From Candidatus Palauibacter denitrificans (lineage in GTDB: Bacteria; Gemmatimonadota; Gemmatimonadetes; Palauibacterales; Palauibacteraceae): a stretch of 60,439 bases of DNA. The notes beneath the pieces were generated by a model. The model saw only the letters and a list, made by a program, of their open reading frames with translations. It had not been told where the DNA came from and did no database searches. The stretch covers positions 1 through 60,439 of the forward strand of contig VXMQ01000105.1 of assembly GCA_009841015.1 (NCBI GenBank), given 5' to 3'. Each line of letters starts with the position of its first letter. Position 1 is the stretch's first letter. Shown piece after piece: positions 39,832 through 50,616 of this stretch. A program made the translations under genes and the position numbers.

Positions 39832-40289
39832 GTCCGGCGGGGAAGTGGTTCGTCGCCGCGCTCCTTCTGGTCCTGCATTTCGCTCTGCATCCGCTCTGGA
39901 GCCGCTGGCCGATCGCGCCCGATCTCGTGGCTGGCGGGCTGATTTTGAGTTCATTGCAGCTCCGCTGGGGACGGGCCGCCGGCTTCGGGTGCGTGATCGG
40001 CCTGCTGGAAGCGTCGATCTCACTGGGACCGATGGGCCTCACGATGTTACTCTTTGCGCTGACGGGGGCGCTCGTCGGCTGGGTACGGCGCCTGATCTAT
40101 TCGGATTCGGATTACGCGACGCCGGTCTTCGTCTTTTGCGGGACGTGGTTGCTGCGGTTGACGGTCACTCTTTTCGTCGTCGGAGATTCGTCGGCGGGCG
40201 CCCTTTTCGTCCATGGCGCCGGATCGGCCGCCCTGACCACGGCGGTGTGCTGGGTTGCGGAGAGGCTGGTTTCGGCAGTCACGAGGTGA
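39828..40289 (+). CDS. mreD: rod shape-determining protein MreD
   Basis: C-terminal 153 codons of ORF 39729..40289, from MSPAGKWFVAALLLVL. Polytopic small membrane protein. ATGA overlap with the mreC stop. Confidence 0.7.
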   Translation: MSPAGKWFVAALLLVLHFALHPLWSRWPIAPDLVAGGLILSSLQLRWGRAAGFGCVIGLLEASISLGPMGLTMLLFALTGALVGWVRRLIYSDSDYATPVFVFCGTWLLRLTVTLFVVGDSSAGALFVHGAGSAALTTAVCWVAERLVSAVTR

Positions 40290-40299
40290 AGGGGAGGAT

Positions 40300-42138
40300 G
40301 TGAAGAGCGACAACGAGCACCGCGCGATCCGGAAACAGCGGGGCCGCTGGGCGGCGGGCGCGATCTTCTTCTGCCTCTCGGTCGTCGCCGCCGGGTTCAT
40401 CAATCTCCAGATCTTCAGCACCGAGCTGTACACGCTCCTTTCGAGCGAGAACCGGTTGCGGACCATCTCGGTGCCGGCCCCGCGCGGGACCATCTACGAC
40501 CGGTACGGACGGGTCATCGCCGACAACGTGCCGGGGTACGATGTGTCGATGCTCCCCGGGCCCCGCGACTCCATCTCCGCCGGCCTCGATCGCCTCGCGG
40601 AACGGCTGGACCTGTCGCCCGCGCGGCGCGCCGCGCTGCTGTCGCGCAATCGGGAACGTCCCGGCGAGGCTCTCGTCGTGCGCGAGAACGCGAACTTCGA
40701 GCAGGTCGCGTTCATCGAGGAACGTCGACCCCGGTTTCGGCGCGTCGTCGTGGATCAGAGGCCGCGCCGACGCTATCCGGCGGGGTCCGCCGTTGCGCAC
40801 ATGATCGGGTACGTGGGGGAGATCAGCCCGGAGGAACTGGCTCGATCCGAGTATGCGGGCTACGAATCCGGCCAGTCGATCGGGAAGACGGGGCTGGAGC
40901 AGCAGTACGAGCACAGGCTGGCCGGGCGGAACGGGATCCGTTACGCGGAAGTGAACGCCCTGGGTACGGTCGTGCGGGATCTGGGGCTCGCGCAGGCGCA
41001 GGCGCCGGTGCCCGGAGAGGATCTGCATCTCGGCATCGATCTCGACCTGCAGATGTACGCGGATTCGGTGTTTCCTGAAGGGATGCGGGGCGGCGTCGTG
41101 GCGCTGGACCCGCACACCGGAGAGGTGCTCCTCCTCTACAGCCACCCCACGTTCGACCCCAACGCATTCATCGGCGGCATTCCCCTGGACCTGTGGAATT
41201 CGCTTCGCGAACACCCGGACCAGCCGCTGCTGGACCGCGTATCCAACGCTTCCTACCCTCCGGGATCCACGTGGAAGCTCGTCATGTCCGCCATTGGGAT
41301 GAAGACGACCGACCTCACGATCGATACCTACCACACGCACGCATGCAGCGGCTCGCTCACGTACTACACCCGCCGCTTCCGCTGCTGGCTGTCGGGAGGA
41401 CACGGTCGCCTGAACCTCTCCGAAGCGATCAAGCACTCGTGCAACGTCTGGTTCTACCAGGCGGGACAGCGGATCGGTCTCGACCCGCTCCTCGCGGGGG
41501 TCGGGGAGTTTGGCTTCGGGCGCACGACGGGGATCGACCTTCCGTCGGAGAGGCCGGGCGTCTTCCCCGACTCCAGGCAGTGGTACGACGAAGAGTTGGG
41601 GCCCGGTGCGTGGACGGAAGCTGTCGTGTGGAACCTCTCGATCGGGCAGGGAGAGAACGCGCAGACGTTGCTCGCGATGGCTCAGTTCTACGCGGCGCTG
41701 GGGACGGGAGGGGCGCCCGTCAGACCCCATCTCGTGCGGGACGAGATGCTCGCGCAGCAGCGCGTGGACTGGACGTTGGATCTCCCCGATATACAGCGGC
41801 GCCAACTCGTTGACGCGCTGGCCCGTGTCGTGAACGAGCCCGGAGGCACCGCGTACGGCAGCCGCCTGGCCCGCTGGACGCTGGCCGGCAAGACCGGCAC
41901 GGCCCAGAATCCGCACGGCGAGCCCCACTCCTGGTTCGTGGGGTTCGCGCCCGCCTGGGACCCCCGCATCGTGGTCGCGGCGATCGTGGAGCACGGGCAC
42001 CCGGACGGGGCCCCGTCGCTGGCCGTGCCGCTCGCGTCCGGCATCGTGGATCGCCACCTCGAGACGCTCGGCCTGCCGCCGGAGGCAACGCCCGGCATCC
42101 GTCCGGTGGAAGCGCTTACGGCGCCGGCGGGCGGATGA
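40300..42138 (+). CDS. mrdA: penicillin-binding protein 2 (elongasome transpeptidase)
   Basis: ORF 40255..42138. GTG 40300 is preferred (GGGGAGGA immediately upstream, and it lies after the mreD stop). SxxK = STWK, SxN = SCN, KTG = KTGTAQ. Confidence 0.9.
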   Translation: MKSDNEHRAIRKQRGRWAAGAIFFCLSVVAAGFINLQIFSTELYTLLSSENRLRTISVPAPRGTIYDRYGRVIADNVPGYDVSMLPGPRDSISAGLDRLAERLDLSPARRAALLSRNRERPGEALVVRENANFEQVAFIEERRPRFRRVVVDQRPRRRYPAGSAVAHMIGYVGEISPEELARSEYAGYESGQSIGKTGLEQQYEHRLAGRNGIRYAEVNALGTVVRDLGLAQAQAPVPGEDLHLGIDLDLQMYADSVFPEGMRGGVVALDPHTGEVLLLYSHPTFDPNAFIGGIPLDLWNSLREHPDQPLLDRVSNASYPPGSTWKLVMSAIGMKTTDLTIDTYHTHACSGSLTYYTRRFRCWLSGGHGRLNLSEAIKHSCNVWFYQAGQRIGLDPLLAGVGEFGFGRTTGIDLPSERPGVFPDSRQWYDEELGPGAWTEAVVWNLSIGQGENAQTLLAMAQFYAALGTGGAPVRPHLVRDEMLAQQRVDWTLDLPDIQRRQLVDALARVVNEPGGTAYGSRLARWTLAGKTGTAQNPHGEPHSWFVGFAPAWDPRIVVAAIVEHGHPDGAPSLAVPLASGIVDRHLETLGLPPEATPGIRPVEALTAPAGG

Positions 42139-43349
42139 TCGACCGCTTGCGCATCCCCGGAGTGGGAGATCCAGTGCTTCTTGCCCTGGTTCTGTTGATG
42201 ACCGGGCTCGGGATCGCGATGATCTACTCGGCCGGACAGGTCGACGTGCAGTCGCTGGCCACCGGGATCTGGGTCCGCCAGCTCTACTGGTTCGGCGTGG
42301 CGATCGTCGCGCTGGCCGCGGCCTCCCGCTTCTCGCTTCGGTTCCTCGAATGGCTTGCGCCGTGGGCCTACGGGGTCACGGTGCTCCTCCTCGTCCTCGT
42401 GTTCTTCGTCGGGACCGGCCCGAACGGGAGCTGGCTCGAACTCGGCCCGGGGCGACTCCAGCCGGCGGAAGTCGCGAAGCTGGGTACCATCCTCATGCTG
42501 GCGCGCGTGATGGGAGGCGCCCAGGGACCGTACGAGCGGCTGCTGGAGTTCTGGAAACCCGGCGTCATCACCCTCATCCCGTTCGTCCTCGTGCTGCTGC
42601 AACCGGACCTCGGCAGCGCCATGATCTTCGGGGCGCTCTTCCTCGCCGTGCTGTTCTGGAGCGGCGTGCCGCTGCCCAAGATCTTCCTGCTCGCGTCGCC
42701 GGGCCTCAGCCTCCTGCTCGGCTTCAACTGGATCGCGTGGGGCCTCGGCTTCCTCATCGTCGCGGCCTGCCTGTACGTACACCGCCTCTTCATCCTGGAG
42801 GCGGTGGCCGTGCTCCTCGCAAACGTCTTCGCGGGCGCGCTCACGCTCCGCCTGTGGGATTCGCTCGCCGATTACCAGCGGAACCGGCTCCTCGTCTTCC
42901 TGGATCCGGAAATCGATCCCCTCGGCGCCGGCTGGCATCTCATTCAGTCGAAGGTCGCCATCGGCTCCGGCGGACTCATCGGCGCCGGCTTCGCCAACGG
43001 CCCCCAGAAGCGACTCGCCTTCCTCCCGGAGCAGCATACAGACTTCATCTTCTCCGTCGTGGGGGAGGAGTTCGGATTCATTGGCGTGTTGCTCTTTCTC
43101 GTGCTCTTCGCCTTCCTCCTCTGGCGCGTGCTTCAGGTGGCATCCTCGATGGACGACGGGTTCGGCAGCCTGATCGCGTTCTGCCTGTTCGCGGTCCTCC
43201 TCACGCACATCGTCGTGAACCTGGGGATGGCGGTGGGCATGATGCCGGTGACCGGACTGCCCTTGCCGCTCCTCAGCTACGGGGGGAGCTTCCTGCTCGT
43301 GCTCTACGCGGGGTTCGGGATCGTACAGCGGGTGGCGTGGGAGGCCTGA
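42135..43349 (+). CDS. rodA: peptidoglycan glycosyltransferase RodA (SEDS family)
   Basis: ORF 42135..43349. Motifs: QPAEVAKL, PEQHTDFIFS, LPLLSYGGS. ATGA overlap with the mrdA stop. Confidence 0.92.
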   Translation: MIDRLRIPGVGDPVLLALVLLMTGLGIAMIYSAGQVDVQSLATGIWVRQLYWFGVAIVALAAASRFSLRFLEWLAPWAYGVTVLLLVLVFFVGTGPNGSWLELGPGRLQPAEVAKLGTILMLARVMGGAQGPYERLLEFWKPGVITLIPFVLVLLQPDLGSAMIFGALFLAVLFWSGVPLPKIFLLASPGLSLLLGFNWIAWGLGFLIVAACLYVHRLFILEAVAVLLANVFAGALTLRLWDSLADYQRNRLLVFLDPEIDPLGAGWHLIQSKVAIGSGGLIGAGFANGPQKRLAFLPEQHTDFIFSVVGEEFGFIGVLLFLVLFAFLLWRVLQVASSMDDGFGSLIAFCLFAVLLTHIVVNLGMAVGMMPVTGLPLPLLSYGGSFLLVLYAGFGIVQRVAWEA

Positions 43350-44186
43350 GTGTCCTGGTTCAGCAAACCTAAGCGCAAGCTGGTTTCACAGAAGCGCGAG
43401 CTCCCGGGCGACGTGTGGGATCGGTGCGCCGGCTGCGGCGAGATCCTCTACAGCGGACGGCTGGAGGAGAACCTCCACGTCTGCCCGAACTGCGGCCATC
43501 ACTTCCGCATCGCCGCGGAGTTCTACGAGGCCATGCTGCTCGACGGCGGAGGTCTCTCCGAACTGCACGACGAGCATCTGCGCTCGGCCGATCCGCTCGG
43601 ATTCGTCGATTCCCGCAGCTATGCGGAACGCATCGCGCAGGCGGAGCAGCGTGGCGGCGATCAGGATGCGATCCGAACCGGGCGCGGCGAGATCGGAGGC
43701 AGGGAAGTCCATCTCGGGACCATGGACTTCCGTTTCATCGGGGGGTCGATGGGGTCGGTGGTGGGCGAGAAGATCCGCCGTCTCGCCGACCGCTCCCTCG
43801 AGCGGCGGGTGCCGCTCATCATCATCTCCGCTTCCGGCGGCGCCCGGATGCAGGAAGGGATTCTCTCACTGATGCAGATGGGGAAGACGGCGGCCGCACT
43901 CGAGCAGCTTGCGGGCGCGGGCATCCCCTACGTGAGCGTCCTCACGAACCCGACCACGGGCGGGGTGACGGCGTCGTACGCGATGCTGGGGGACGTGATT
44001 CTGGCGGAGCCCGGCGCCCTGATCGGCTTTGCCGGCCCGCGCGTCATCAAGGAGACGATCCGGCAGGACCTTCCCGAGGGATTCCAGACCGCGGAGTTCC
44101 TGGAGGAGCACGGAATGATCGACCGCATCGTCCCGCGTCCGGAGATGCGCGGCGCCCTCGCGAGCCTCCTGGATCACATGTGCTGA
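43350..44186 (+). CDS. accD: acetyl-CoA carboxylase carboxyltransferase subunit beta
   Basis: ORF 43350..44186. Zn-ribbon CAGCGEILY..CPNCGHH, then the carboxyltransferase core (GGSMGSVVGEK, SGGARMQEG). Confidence 0.92.
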   Translation: MSWFSKPKRKLVSQKRELPGDVWDRCAGCGEILYSGRLEENLHVCPNCGHHFRIAAEFYEAMLLDGGGLSELHDEHLRSADPLGFVDSRSYAERIAQAEQRGGDQDAIRTGRGEIGGREVHLGTMDFRFIGGSMGSVVGEKIRRLADRSLERRVPLIIISASGGARMQEGILSLMQMGKTAAALEQLAGAGIPYVSVLTNPTTGGVTASYAMLGDVILAEPGALIGFAGPRVIKETIRQDLPEGFQTAEFLEEHGMIDRIVPRPEMRGALASLLDHMC

Positions 44187-45499
44187 GCGAGGGCGGGGAC
44201 GCCCTCGCGGCCCTGTTCGATCCCCGCCCGGCCACCACGATCCGCTGGGGCCTCGACCGGATCGAAGCGCTCCTGGCGGAGCTGGGCCGGCCGGAACGGA
44301 GCTTCGACGCCCTTCACATTGCGGGCACGAACGGCAAGGGTTCGACCGCCTGCTTCGCGGCGTCGATGCTCGAAGACGGCGGCATGTGCACGGGCCTCTA
44401 CACCTCGCCGCACCTCGAGGACGTTCGGGAACGGTTTCTCATCGACGGGGCCCGCGTGGAGGAGTCGGCGCTTCAGTCCGCCGCCGCCCGGGTCATCGGT
44501 TGCGACGCCGCCGCGGCCTGCACGTACTTCGAACTGGCCACCGCGCTGGCCTTCACCTGCTTCGCGGAATGCGGCGTGGAAGTGGCGGTCGTCGAAACCG
44601 GTCTCGGCGGCCGCCTCGACGCGACGAACGTGCTTCGTCCCGGCGGCACGGCGATCACCCCGATCAGCCTCGACCACACGGAATGGCTCGGCGGGTCTCC
44701 CGAAGCGATCGCGAGGGAGAAGGGGGGCATCTTCAAGCCGGGCGCGCCGGCCTGTCTCGGTCGCATCGACCCCGGTCCGCGCGCGGCGCTCGAGCAGATT
44801 GCGCGCGGCGTCGGCTCGCCGGTCGCGCGCCTCGGGAGGGACGCGGAGGTGTCGGAGGTCGCGGTGCGAACCGATCCCGTGGGGACACGCTTCCGATACG
44901 TTTCGGGGTCACGTCCCGCGGGCGTGCGGCTTGCCACGGGCCTCCCGGGCCGGCACCAGGCGGACAACGCGGCGCTGGCCCTGCTGCTGCTGGACAGCTC
45001 CGGCTATCCGCCGGAGGAAAGCTCCGCGCGCCGCGGGGTCGCGCGGGCGCGCCTGGCCGGACGTTTCGAGGTCTGGCCTCCGGGCGCCGGGCGCCCGGGC
45101 TGCGTGTTCGATATCGCGCACAATCCGGCCGCCATGGGGGTACTCTGCGAGACGCTGGCGGAGCTGTCCCCGCCGCGGCCGCTCGTCGCCGTTGCCGGCA
45201 TGCTGGCCGACAAGGACTGGAAGGGTACGCTGGCCCGGCTCGCGCTTGACAGCGACACTATGATTCTGACTCGACCCGCCGTCCCCGCGGAGAGACGGTG
45301 GGACCCGTCCCGGGCGAGGGAGTGGCTTTCGCGGGAACGGGACGTTGAGTCGATCGTGTGCCGGAACGTGGCCGAGGCGGTGTCGCGCGGCCTGACGCTC
45401 GCCGACGCGGGAACGCTGTTGGTCACGGGGTCCGCAACGACCGTGGGAGAGGCCCGGACTTTGCCGGAATTCGCCCGCGTAAGGACAGGAGATGGATAA
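44180..45499 (+). CDS. folC: bifunctional folylpolyglutamate synthase / dihydrofolate synthase
   Basis: C-terminal 439 codons of ORF 43415..45499, from VLSEGGDALAALF. P-loop HIAGTNGKGST. 7-nt overlap with accD. accD-folC adjacency is classical. Confidence 0.88.
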   Translation: MLSEGGDALAALFDPRPATTIRWGLDRIEALLAELGRPERSFDALHIAGTNGKGSTACFAASMLEDGGMCTGLYTSPHLEDVRERFLIDGARVEESALQSAAARVIGCDAAAACTYFELATALAFTCFAECGVEVAVVETGLGGRLDATNVLRPGGTAITPISLDHTEWLGGSPEAIAREKGGIFKPGAPACLGRIDPGPRAALEQIARGVGSPVARLGRDAEVSEVAVRTDPVGTRFRYVSGSRPAGVRLATGLPGRHQADNAALALLLLDSSGYPPEESSARRGVARARLAGRFEVWPPGAGRPGCVFDIAHNPAAMGVLCETLAELSPPRPLVAVAGMLADKDWKGTLARLALDSDTMILTRPAVPAERRWDPSRAREWLSRERDVESIVCRNVAEAVSRGLTLADAGTLLVTGSATTVGEARTLPEFARVRTGDG

Positions 45500-45502
45500 G
45501 AG

Positions 45503-45925
45503 ATGCTGTACGATCCCAGGCTGGTACAACCGATGCGAGACGAACTCACCCGCCTCGGCGTGCGTGAACTTCGGACCTCCGATGACGTGGACGAGGCCCT
45601 CGGGGCCGGCGGAGAGACGCTCGTCGTCGTGAACTCCGTCTGCGGCTGCGCGGCGCGCAACGCGCGGCCCGCCGTGGCGATGGCCATGAGCCACGGCAAG
45701 CAGCCCGACCGCGTCGTCACGGTCTTCGCGGGGCAGGACGTGGAAGCGACGGCGCGCGCGCGGCAGTACTTCACCGGCGTCCGGCCCTCTTCCCCGTCCC
45801 TTGCGCTGCTCTCGGACGGCGAACTGCAGTTCATGCTTGAGCGGCACCAGATCGAGGGCCGCGAGGCGCGCGACATCGCGGCCGACCTCACGAAGGCGTA
45901 CGACCAATACTGCGCCGCGAGCTAG
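45503..45925 (+). CDS. bacilliredoxin (BrxA/BrxB, YphP/YqiW family, CGC active site)
   Basis: ORF 45503..45925. 140 aa, MYDP-type N-terminus (MLYDPRLVQPMRDELT), VVNSVCGCAA motif. GGAGATGG lies upstream of the ATG. Confidence 0.75.
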   Translation: MLYDPRLVQPMRDELTRLGVRELRTSDDVDEALGAGGETLVVVNSVCGCAARNARPAVAMAMSHGKQPDRVVTVFAGQDVEATARARQYFTGVRPSSPSLALLSDGELQFMLERHQIEGREARDIAADLTKAYDQYCAAS

Positions 45926-45944
45926 CAACGCGGGTCTCCCGCGG

Positions 45945-45977
45945 CGGCCCGCCGACGCTTTTCGGCCCGCCGACGCT
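45945..45977 (+). repeat. two copies of CGGCCCGCCGACGCT at 18-nt period in the brx-hisS spacer
   Basis: Direct reading: cggcccgccgacgct-ttt-cggcccgccgacgct. Confidence 0.7.
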
Positions 45978-46004
45978 CCTCGGGCCGCCGGCGCCCCCGG
46001 CGCC

Positions 46005-47321
46005 GTGAAGTCCGGGGAAATCCGCGGCCTGACCGGTTTTCGAGATTTCTTTCCCGAGGAACTCGCGCTTCGCCGCCACATCTTCTCGGCCTGGCGGAGG
46101 GTGGGCGCCCGCTACGGATTCACGGAGTACGACGGACCGCCGCTCGAGGCGCTCGAACTCTACACGCGGAAGTCGGGCGAAGAGATCGTAGCCCAGCTTT
46201 ACGAGTTCGAGGACAAGGGGGGGCGGGCGGTGGCGCTGCGGCCCGAGATGACGCCCACCTTCGCGCGCATGATCGCCACCCGCGCCGCCGGACTGGCGAA
46301 GCCGGTACGCTGGTTCTCGATCCCGCAGCTCTTCCGCTATGAAAGGCCGCAACGCGGCCGACTCCGCGAGCACTTCCAGCTGAACATGGACATCGTCGGC
46401 GAGACGAACCCGCTCTCCGATGCGGAGATCATCAGCGCGGGCATCGACGCGCTGCGGGAACTCGGCCTGGGGTCCGCGGACATCGTGGTTCGCATCTCCG
46501 ACCGGCGCCTCATCGGCGCGCTCCTCGAGGCGCACGGAATCTCCGCCGGGGACCATGTGCCCGTGTTCGGCGCCCTCGACCGGCTCGAGAAGGAGGGGGA
46601 GGACGGCGTCCGCGGGCGGCTCGCGGAGCAAGGCGTGGAGGGGGAAGCGGCGACGCGCCTGCTGGCGGCCATCCGGCTCCCGCTCGAGGAAATGGCGGCG
46701 GCGCACGGCGGGGGCGAAGCGATCGCCGAGGCCGCCGACCGGCTGTCCACCGTGTTCGCGCATCTCGGCGCGGCGGGCTTCGCCGAGTTCGTGAGATTCG
46801 ACGCGGCGCTGGTCCGCGGACTCGCCTATTACACCGGGACCGTGTTCGAGATATGGGACCGGCGGGACGAACTGCGCGCGATCTGCGGGGGCGGCCGCTA
46901 CGATGACCTGCTGAAGGCGCTGGGCGGCGTGGATCTTCCGGCGCTCGGCTTCGGCATGGGGGATGTGGTCCTCACGGAACTGCTCAGGGATCGGGACCTC
47001 GTGCCCGTCGCGGCCCGTCGCGTGGACGACTACATCGTATGCGTGTCAGATGCGGAGCGTCCGCTGGCGCTCGGGATCGCCCGCGCGCTGCGCGACCGGG
47101 GACGCCGGGTGCTCTACGACCTGCGCCCGCGCGGCGTCGGACGCCAGTTCAAGGCGGCCCACCAGGCGGGCGCCGGTCGCGCGGTCGTGCTGGGGCCGCG
47201 GGAAGCCGAGCGCGGCGTCGCCGTCCTCCGCGACATGGCCTCCGGCGAGGAACGGGAAGTCGCGATCGCGTCCCTGACCCGGCCGTCCTCCGACGAAGCG
47301 AGAGGAGAGGAGACGCCATGA
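46005..47321 (+). CDS. hisS: histidine--tRNA ligase
   Basis: C-terminal 438 codons of ORF 45801..47321, from [15 protein letters not shown]. Motifs: [39 protein letters not shown]. Confidence 0.93.
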   Translation: MKSGEIRGLTGFRDFFPEELALRRHIFSAWRRVGARYGFTEYDGPPLEALELYTRKSGEEIVAQLYEFEDKGGRAVALRPEMTPTFARMIATRAAGLAKPVRWFSIPQLFRYERPQRGRLREHFQLNMDIVGETNPLSDAEIISAGIDALRELGLGSADIVVRISDRRLIGALLEAHGISAGDHVPVFGALDRLEKEGEDGVRGRLAEQGVEGEAATRLLAAIRLPLEEMAAAHGGGEAIAEAADRLSTVFAHLGAAGFAEFVRFDAALVRGLAYYTGTVFEIWDRRDELRAICGGGRYDDLLKALGGVDLPALGFGMGDVVLTELLRDRDLVPVAARRVDDYIVCVSDAERPLALGIARALRDRGRRVLYDLRPRGVGRQFKAAHQAGAGRAVVLGPREAERGVAVLRDMASGEEREVAIASLTRPSSDEARGEETP

Positions 47322-48853
47322 GTCGTGTGCTCATCCTCGATTTCGGGTCCCAGTTCACCCAGCTCATCGCGCGCCGCATCCGCGAGGAGGGCGTTTACTG
47401 CGAGGTGCATCCGCCGACACGGAGCCCGGCGTGGGTCCGCCGCTACGATCCGGCGGCCATCGTCCTCTCGGGAGGGCCGGCGAGCGTGTACGACGAAGGC
47501 GTCCCCACGGCCCATCCCGAGACCCTCGCCATGGGCGTCCCGATCCTCGGGATCTGCTACGGCATGCAGCTCGTCGCGGACCTCGTCGGGGGAGAGGTGC
47601 AGCAGGCCGAGCGCCGGGAGTACGGACGGGCCGAACTCAGGGTCCGGTCGACCGATCCCCTCTTTCGCGGGTTCGCCGATGACGAGCCCACCCAGGTCTG
47701 GATGAGCCACGGCGACTCCCTCCACGCGCTGCCCCCGGGCTTCGAGGTCTCGGCGACCACCGAGAACTCCATCGCCGCGATCCGGTCCGAGGAGCTGCGG
47801 ATCTGGGGCGTCCAGTTCCACCCGGAAGTCGCCCATACGACGCGCGGCGACGAGATGCTTCGGAACTTCCTGTTCGAGATCGCCGACTGCGAGATGAGCT
47901 GGAACGCCGCGAACATCATCGACCACCAGCTCGCCGCGGTTCGCGAGACCGTGGGGGACGGACACGTGATCTGCGGACTCTCCGGCGGCGTGGACAGCTC
48001 CGTCGCCGCCGCGCTCGTACAGCGGGCGGTGGGAGACCGGCTCACCTGCATCTTCGTCGACACGGGCCTCCTGCGGAAAGGAGAGCGCGACGCCGTGGAG
48101 GCCGTGTTCGGCGAACGCATGGGGATGCGGCTCGAGGTCATCGACGCCGCGGATCTCTTCCTCGACCGCCTTGCCGGCGTCGAGGAGCCCGAGGAGAAGC
48201 GGGTCATCATCGGCCACGCGTTCATCGACGTGTTCGAGGAGGCGGCGGGCCGGCACGGCGACGCGCGTTTCCTGGTGCAGGGCACGCTCTACCCCGACGT
48301 GATCGAATCCGTCTCCGTGTGGGGACCGTCGGTGAAGATCAAGTCCCACCACAACGTGGGCGGGCTCCGCCCGGATCACCCCTTCGAACTCATCGAGCCC
48401 CTCCGCGAGCTCTTCAAGGACGAGGTGCGCGCCGTGGGTCGCGAACTCGGCCTGTCGGAGGAGATCGTGGGGCGCCACCCGTTTCCCGGGCCGGGCCTGG
48501 GGATCCGCATCCTGGGCGACGTGACGCGGGAGAAACTCGCCACGCTGCGGGAGGTGGACGCGATCTACCTCGAGGGCATCCGCGACGCGGGGCTCTACGA
48601 CGAGATATGGCAGGCGTTCGCCATCCTGCTTCCCGTTCAGTCGGTCGGCGTGATGGGCGATGCGCGCACGTACGAGAACGTTGTCGCGCTGCGCGCCGTG
48701 ACCTCGCTCGATGGGATGACGGCCGACTGGTTCCAGTTCCCCCACGACGTGCTGGGCCGGATCTCGAACCGCATCATCAACGAGGTGAAGGGGGTGAACC
48801 GGGTGACGTACGACGTGTCCTCCAAGCCGCCCGCCACCATCGAGTGGGAGTAG
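47318..48853 (+). CDS. guaA: glutamine-hydrolysing GMP synthase
   Basis: C-terminal 511 codons of ORF 47039..48853, from [23 protein letters not shown]. GATase [12 protein letters not shown]-loop [11 protein letters not shown]-terminal [12 protein letters not shown] overlap with the hisS stop. Confidence 0.97.
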   Translation: MSRVLILDFGSQFTQLIARRIREEGVYCEVHPPTRSPAWVRRYDPAAIVLSGGPASVYDEGVPTAHPETLAMGVPILGICYGMQLVADLVGGEVQQAERREYGRAELRVRSTDPLFRGFADDEPTQVWMSHGDSLHALPPGFEVSATTENSIAAIRSEELRIWGVQFHPEVAHTTRGDEMLRNFLFEIADCEMSWNAANIIDHQLAAVRETVGDGHVICGLSGGVDSSVAAALVQRAVGDRLTCIFVDTGLLRKGERDAVEAVFGERMGMRLEVIDAADLFLDRLAGVEEPEEKRVIIGHAFIDVFEEAAGRHGDARFLVQGTLYPDVIESVSVWGPSVKIKSHHNVGGLRPDHPFELIEPLRELFKDEVRAVGRELGLSEEIVGRHPFPGPGLGIRILGDVTREKLATLREVDAIYLEGIRDAGLYDEIWQAFAILLPVQSVGVMGDARTYENVVALRAVTSLDGMTADWFQFPHDVLGRISNRIINEVKGVNRVTYDVSSKPPATIEWE

Positions 48854-48858
48854 CCGCG

Positions 48859-49659
48859 GTGGCGAGATCCCGCGGCGCGAGCGGCGACGGGCCGGATCCG
48901 GGTGCCGGGTGCCGCGAGATCGGGGCGTGGGCGGACGCTTTTCTGCGCGTCGCCGACGTCGAGGACTACCCGTTCGCCCTAAACGGCCTGCAGGTGGACG
49001 GCCGCCGCCCCGTGGCCCGCATCGGCGCCGCCACCGACGCCTGCCTGGCCACGATCGACCTCGCCGCCGAGGCCGGGTGCGACCTCCTCATGGTCCACCA
49101 CGGGCTGTTCTGGGGCGGAGCGCGTCCCCTGGTCGGACCGCCGTACGAGCGGCTTCGCCGGCTGTTCGAGAGCGGGATGGGGCTGTACTCGGCGCACCTT
49201 CCGCTCGACGCGCACCCGCGGATCGGGAACAACGTCCTCCTCGCCGCCGAACTCCGCGTCGCGGATGTCGAACCGTTCGGCTCCTTCAAGGGGAATGACG
49301 GGATCGGCGTCATCGGCGCGGTCGACACGTCTCGCGACGAACTCGCGGCCCGGGCGGAAGTCGTGTGCGGACGAACCCCCATCGTGATCGCGGGCGGCCC
49401 GGAACGCGTGTCGCGGCTCGCCATCGTGACGGGCGGCGCGGGTTCAATGATCGAGGCCGCCTCCGTGGCGGGAGCCGACACCTTCCTCACGGGGGAGGGG
49501 AACCACCACACGTACCACGAGGCGATGGAACTCGGCATCAACGTGATCTACGCCGGCCACTACGGGACGGAGACGCTGGGTGTCCGGGCCCTGGCGAAGC
49601 GCACGGCGGAGCACTTCGGGGTGGAGCACACCTTCTTCGACGTCCCCACCGGTCTCTGA
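48859..49659 (+). CDS. Nif3-like dinuclear metal centre protein (GTP cyclohydrolase 1 type 2 family)
   Basis: C-terminal part of ORF 48319..49659. Motifs: LNGLQVDG, MVHHGLFW, HLPLDAHP, AGHYGTE. The start (GTG 48859) is approximate. Confidence 0.8.
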   Translation: MARSRGASGDGPDPGAGCREIGAWADAFLRVADVEDYPFALNGLQVDGRRPVARIGAATDACLATIDLAAEAGCDLLMVHHGLFWGGARPLVGPPYERLRRLFESGMGLYSAHLPLDAHPRIGNNVLLAAELRVADVEPFGSFKGNDGIGVIGAVDTSRDELAARAEVVCGRTPIVIAGGPERVSRLAIVTGGAGSMIEAASVAGADTFLTGEGNHHTYHEAMELGINVIYAGHYGTETLGVRALAKRTAEHFGVEHTFFDVPTGL

Positions 49660-49692
49660 ATCCAGCCCGGCGCGCCCGGCAGGTCGGAGACG

Positions 49693-50616
49693 CTAGAAGA
49701 CCGAGACCTTGAGGTCGGTCAGGTAGCGATCCGGCCGTTCGCGGATGTCCCGAAGGAGGAGGGCGAGTTCCTCGCCCGAGGCGCGCAGCGTCCCCAGCGT
49801 CTCCAGCAGCTCGTCGTGGACCGCGTCTTCGCGCAGGAGCTTTCCGAGCGTGCCTTCGCCGCCTTCCAACCCCCGCGTGATCTCGGCGACGGACCGGCCG
49901 GCGGCCGAAAAATCCGCGCTGGCGGCGGAGAGCCGCGACGAGAGCGTGTCGAGGTTGGCCAGCGTGCGATCGACTTCGTCGGACCCGGTCATCCCCGCGA
50001 GCCGGTTCGACAGGGTGTCCATGTTGGCGAGCAGGCTGCCGATCGACGCCCGCTCTGTCTCGAGAATCCCGGCGAGTTCCCGCATCGCGAGCGTGAAGGC
50101 CTCGGATCCGGAGGCGACGTTCTCGGCCAGGCCGCCGCCGAGCAGCGCTTCCAGCTCGCCGATCAGGGAGCTCACCTCGTCCCCGAGGGTCGAGGCCAGC
50201 GACGTGAGGTCGGATGTGCGGTCGAGCGAGAGCGTATCGCCCTCCGCCAGCGCCCGGGCGCTCGTCCCCGGCGTGAGTTCGACAAGCTGCTGGCCCAGGA
50301 ACCCATCCGGCTGGATGGTGCCCCGCGTGTCCGCCGGCAGCTCGACGCGCGTGGAGAGCGTCATCGTGAGGACGACGCGCTCCGCTTCGAGCGCGACTTC
50401 GTCCACGGTGCCGACCTCTACCCCGCGTAGCAGGACGGGCGACGCGGTCGCTATCCGGTTCGCGTTCGAGGCGATCCCCCACACGCGGATGGTGGGGCCT
50501 CGAAACGGCGAACCCGAGATCCAGAACAGACCCGCGACGATGACGGCCGCGGCAAGGATGACGAAGGCGCCGACCCGGACCTCGGCGCCATGGTCGCGCA
50601 GCCCCGGATCCCTCAC
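49693..50616 (-). CDS. mlaD: MlaD/MCE-domain substrate-binding protein
   Basis: ORF 49693..50616(-). N-terminal TM helix (VGAFVILAAAVIVAGLFWI), MCE domain (VLLRGVEVGTVDEV), and a long helical C-terminus. Confidence 0.8.
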   Translation of the reverse strand: MRDPGLRDHGAEVRVGAFVILAAAVIVAGLFWISGSPFRGPTIRVWGIASNANRIATASPVLLRGVEVGTVDEVALEAERVVLTMTLSTRVELPADTRGTIQPDGFLGQQLVELTPGTSARALAEGDTLSLDRTSDLTSLASTLGDEVSSLIGELEALLGGGLAENVASGSEAFTLAMRELAGILETERASIGSLLANMDTLSNRLAGMTGSDEVDRTLANLDTLSSRLSAASADFSAAGRSVAEITRGLEGGEGTLGKLLREDAVHDELLETLGTLRASGEELALLLRDIRERPDRYLTDLKVSVF

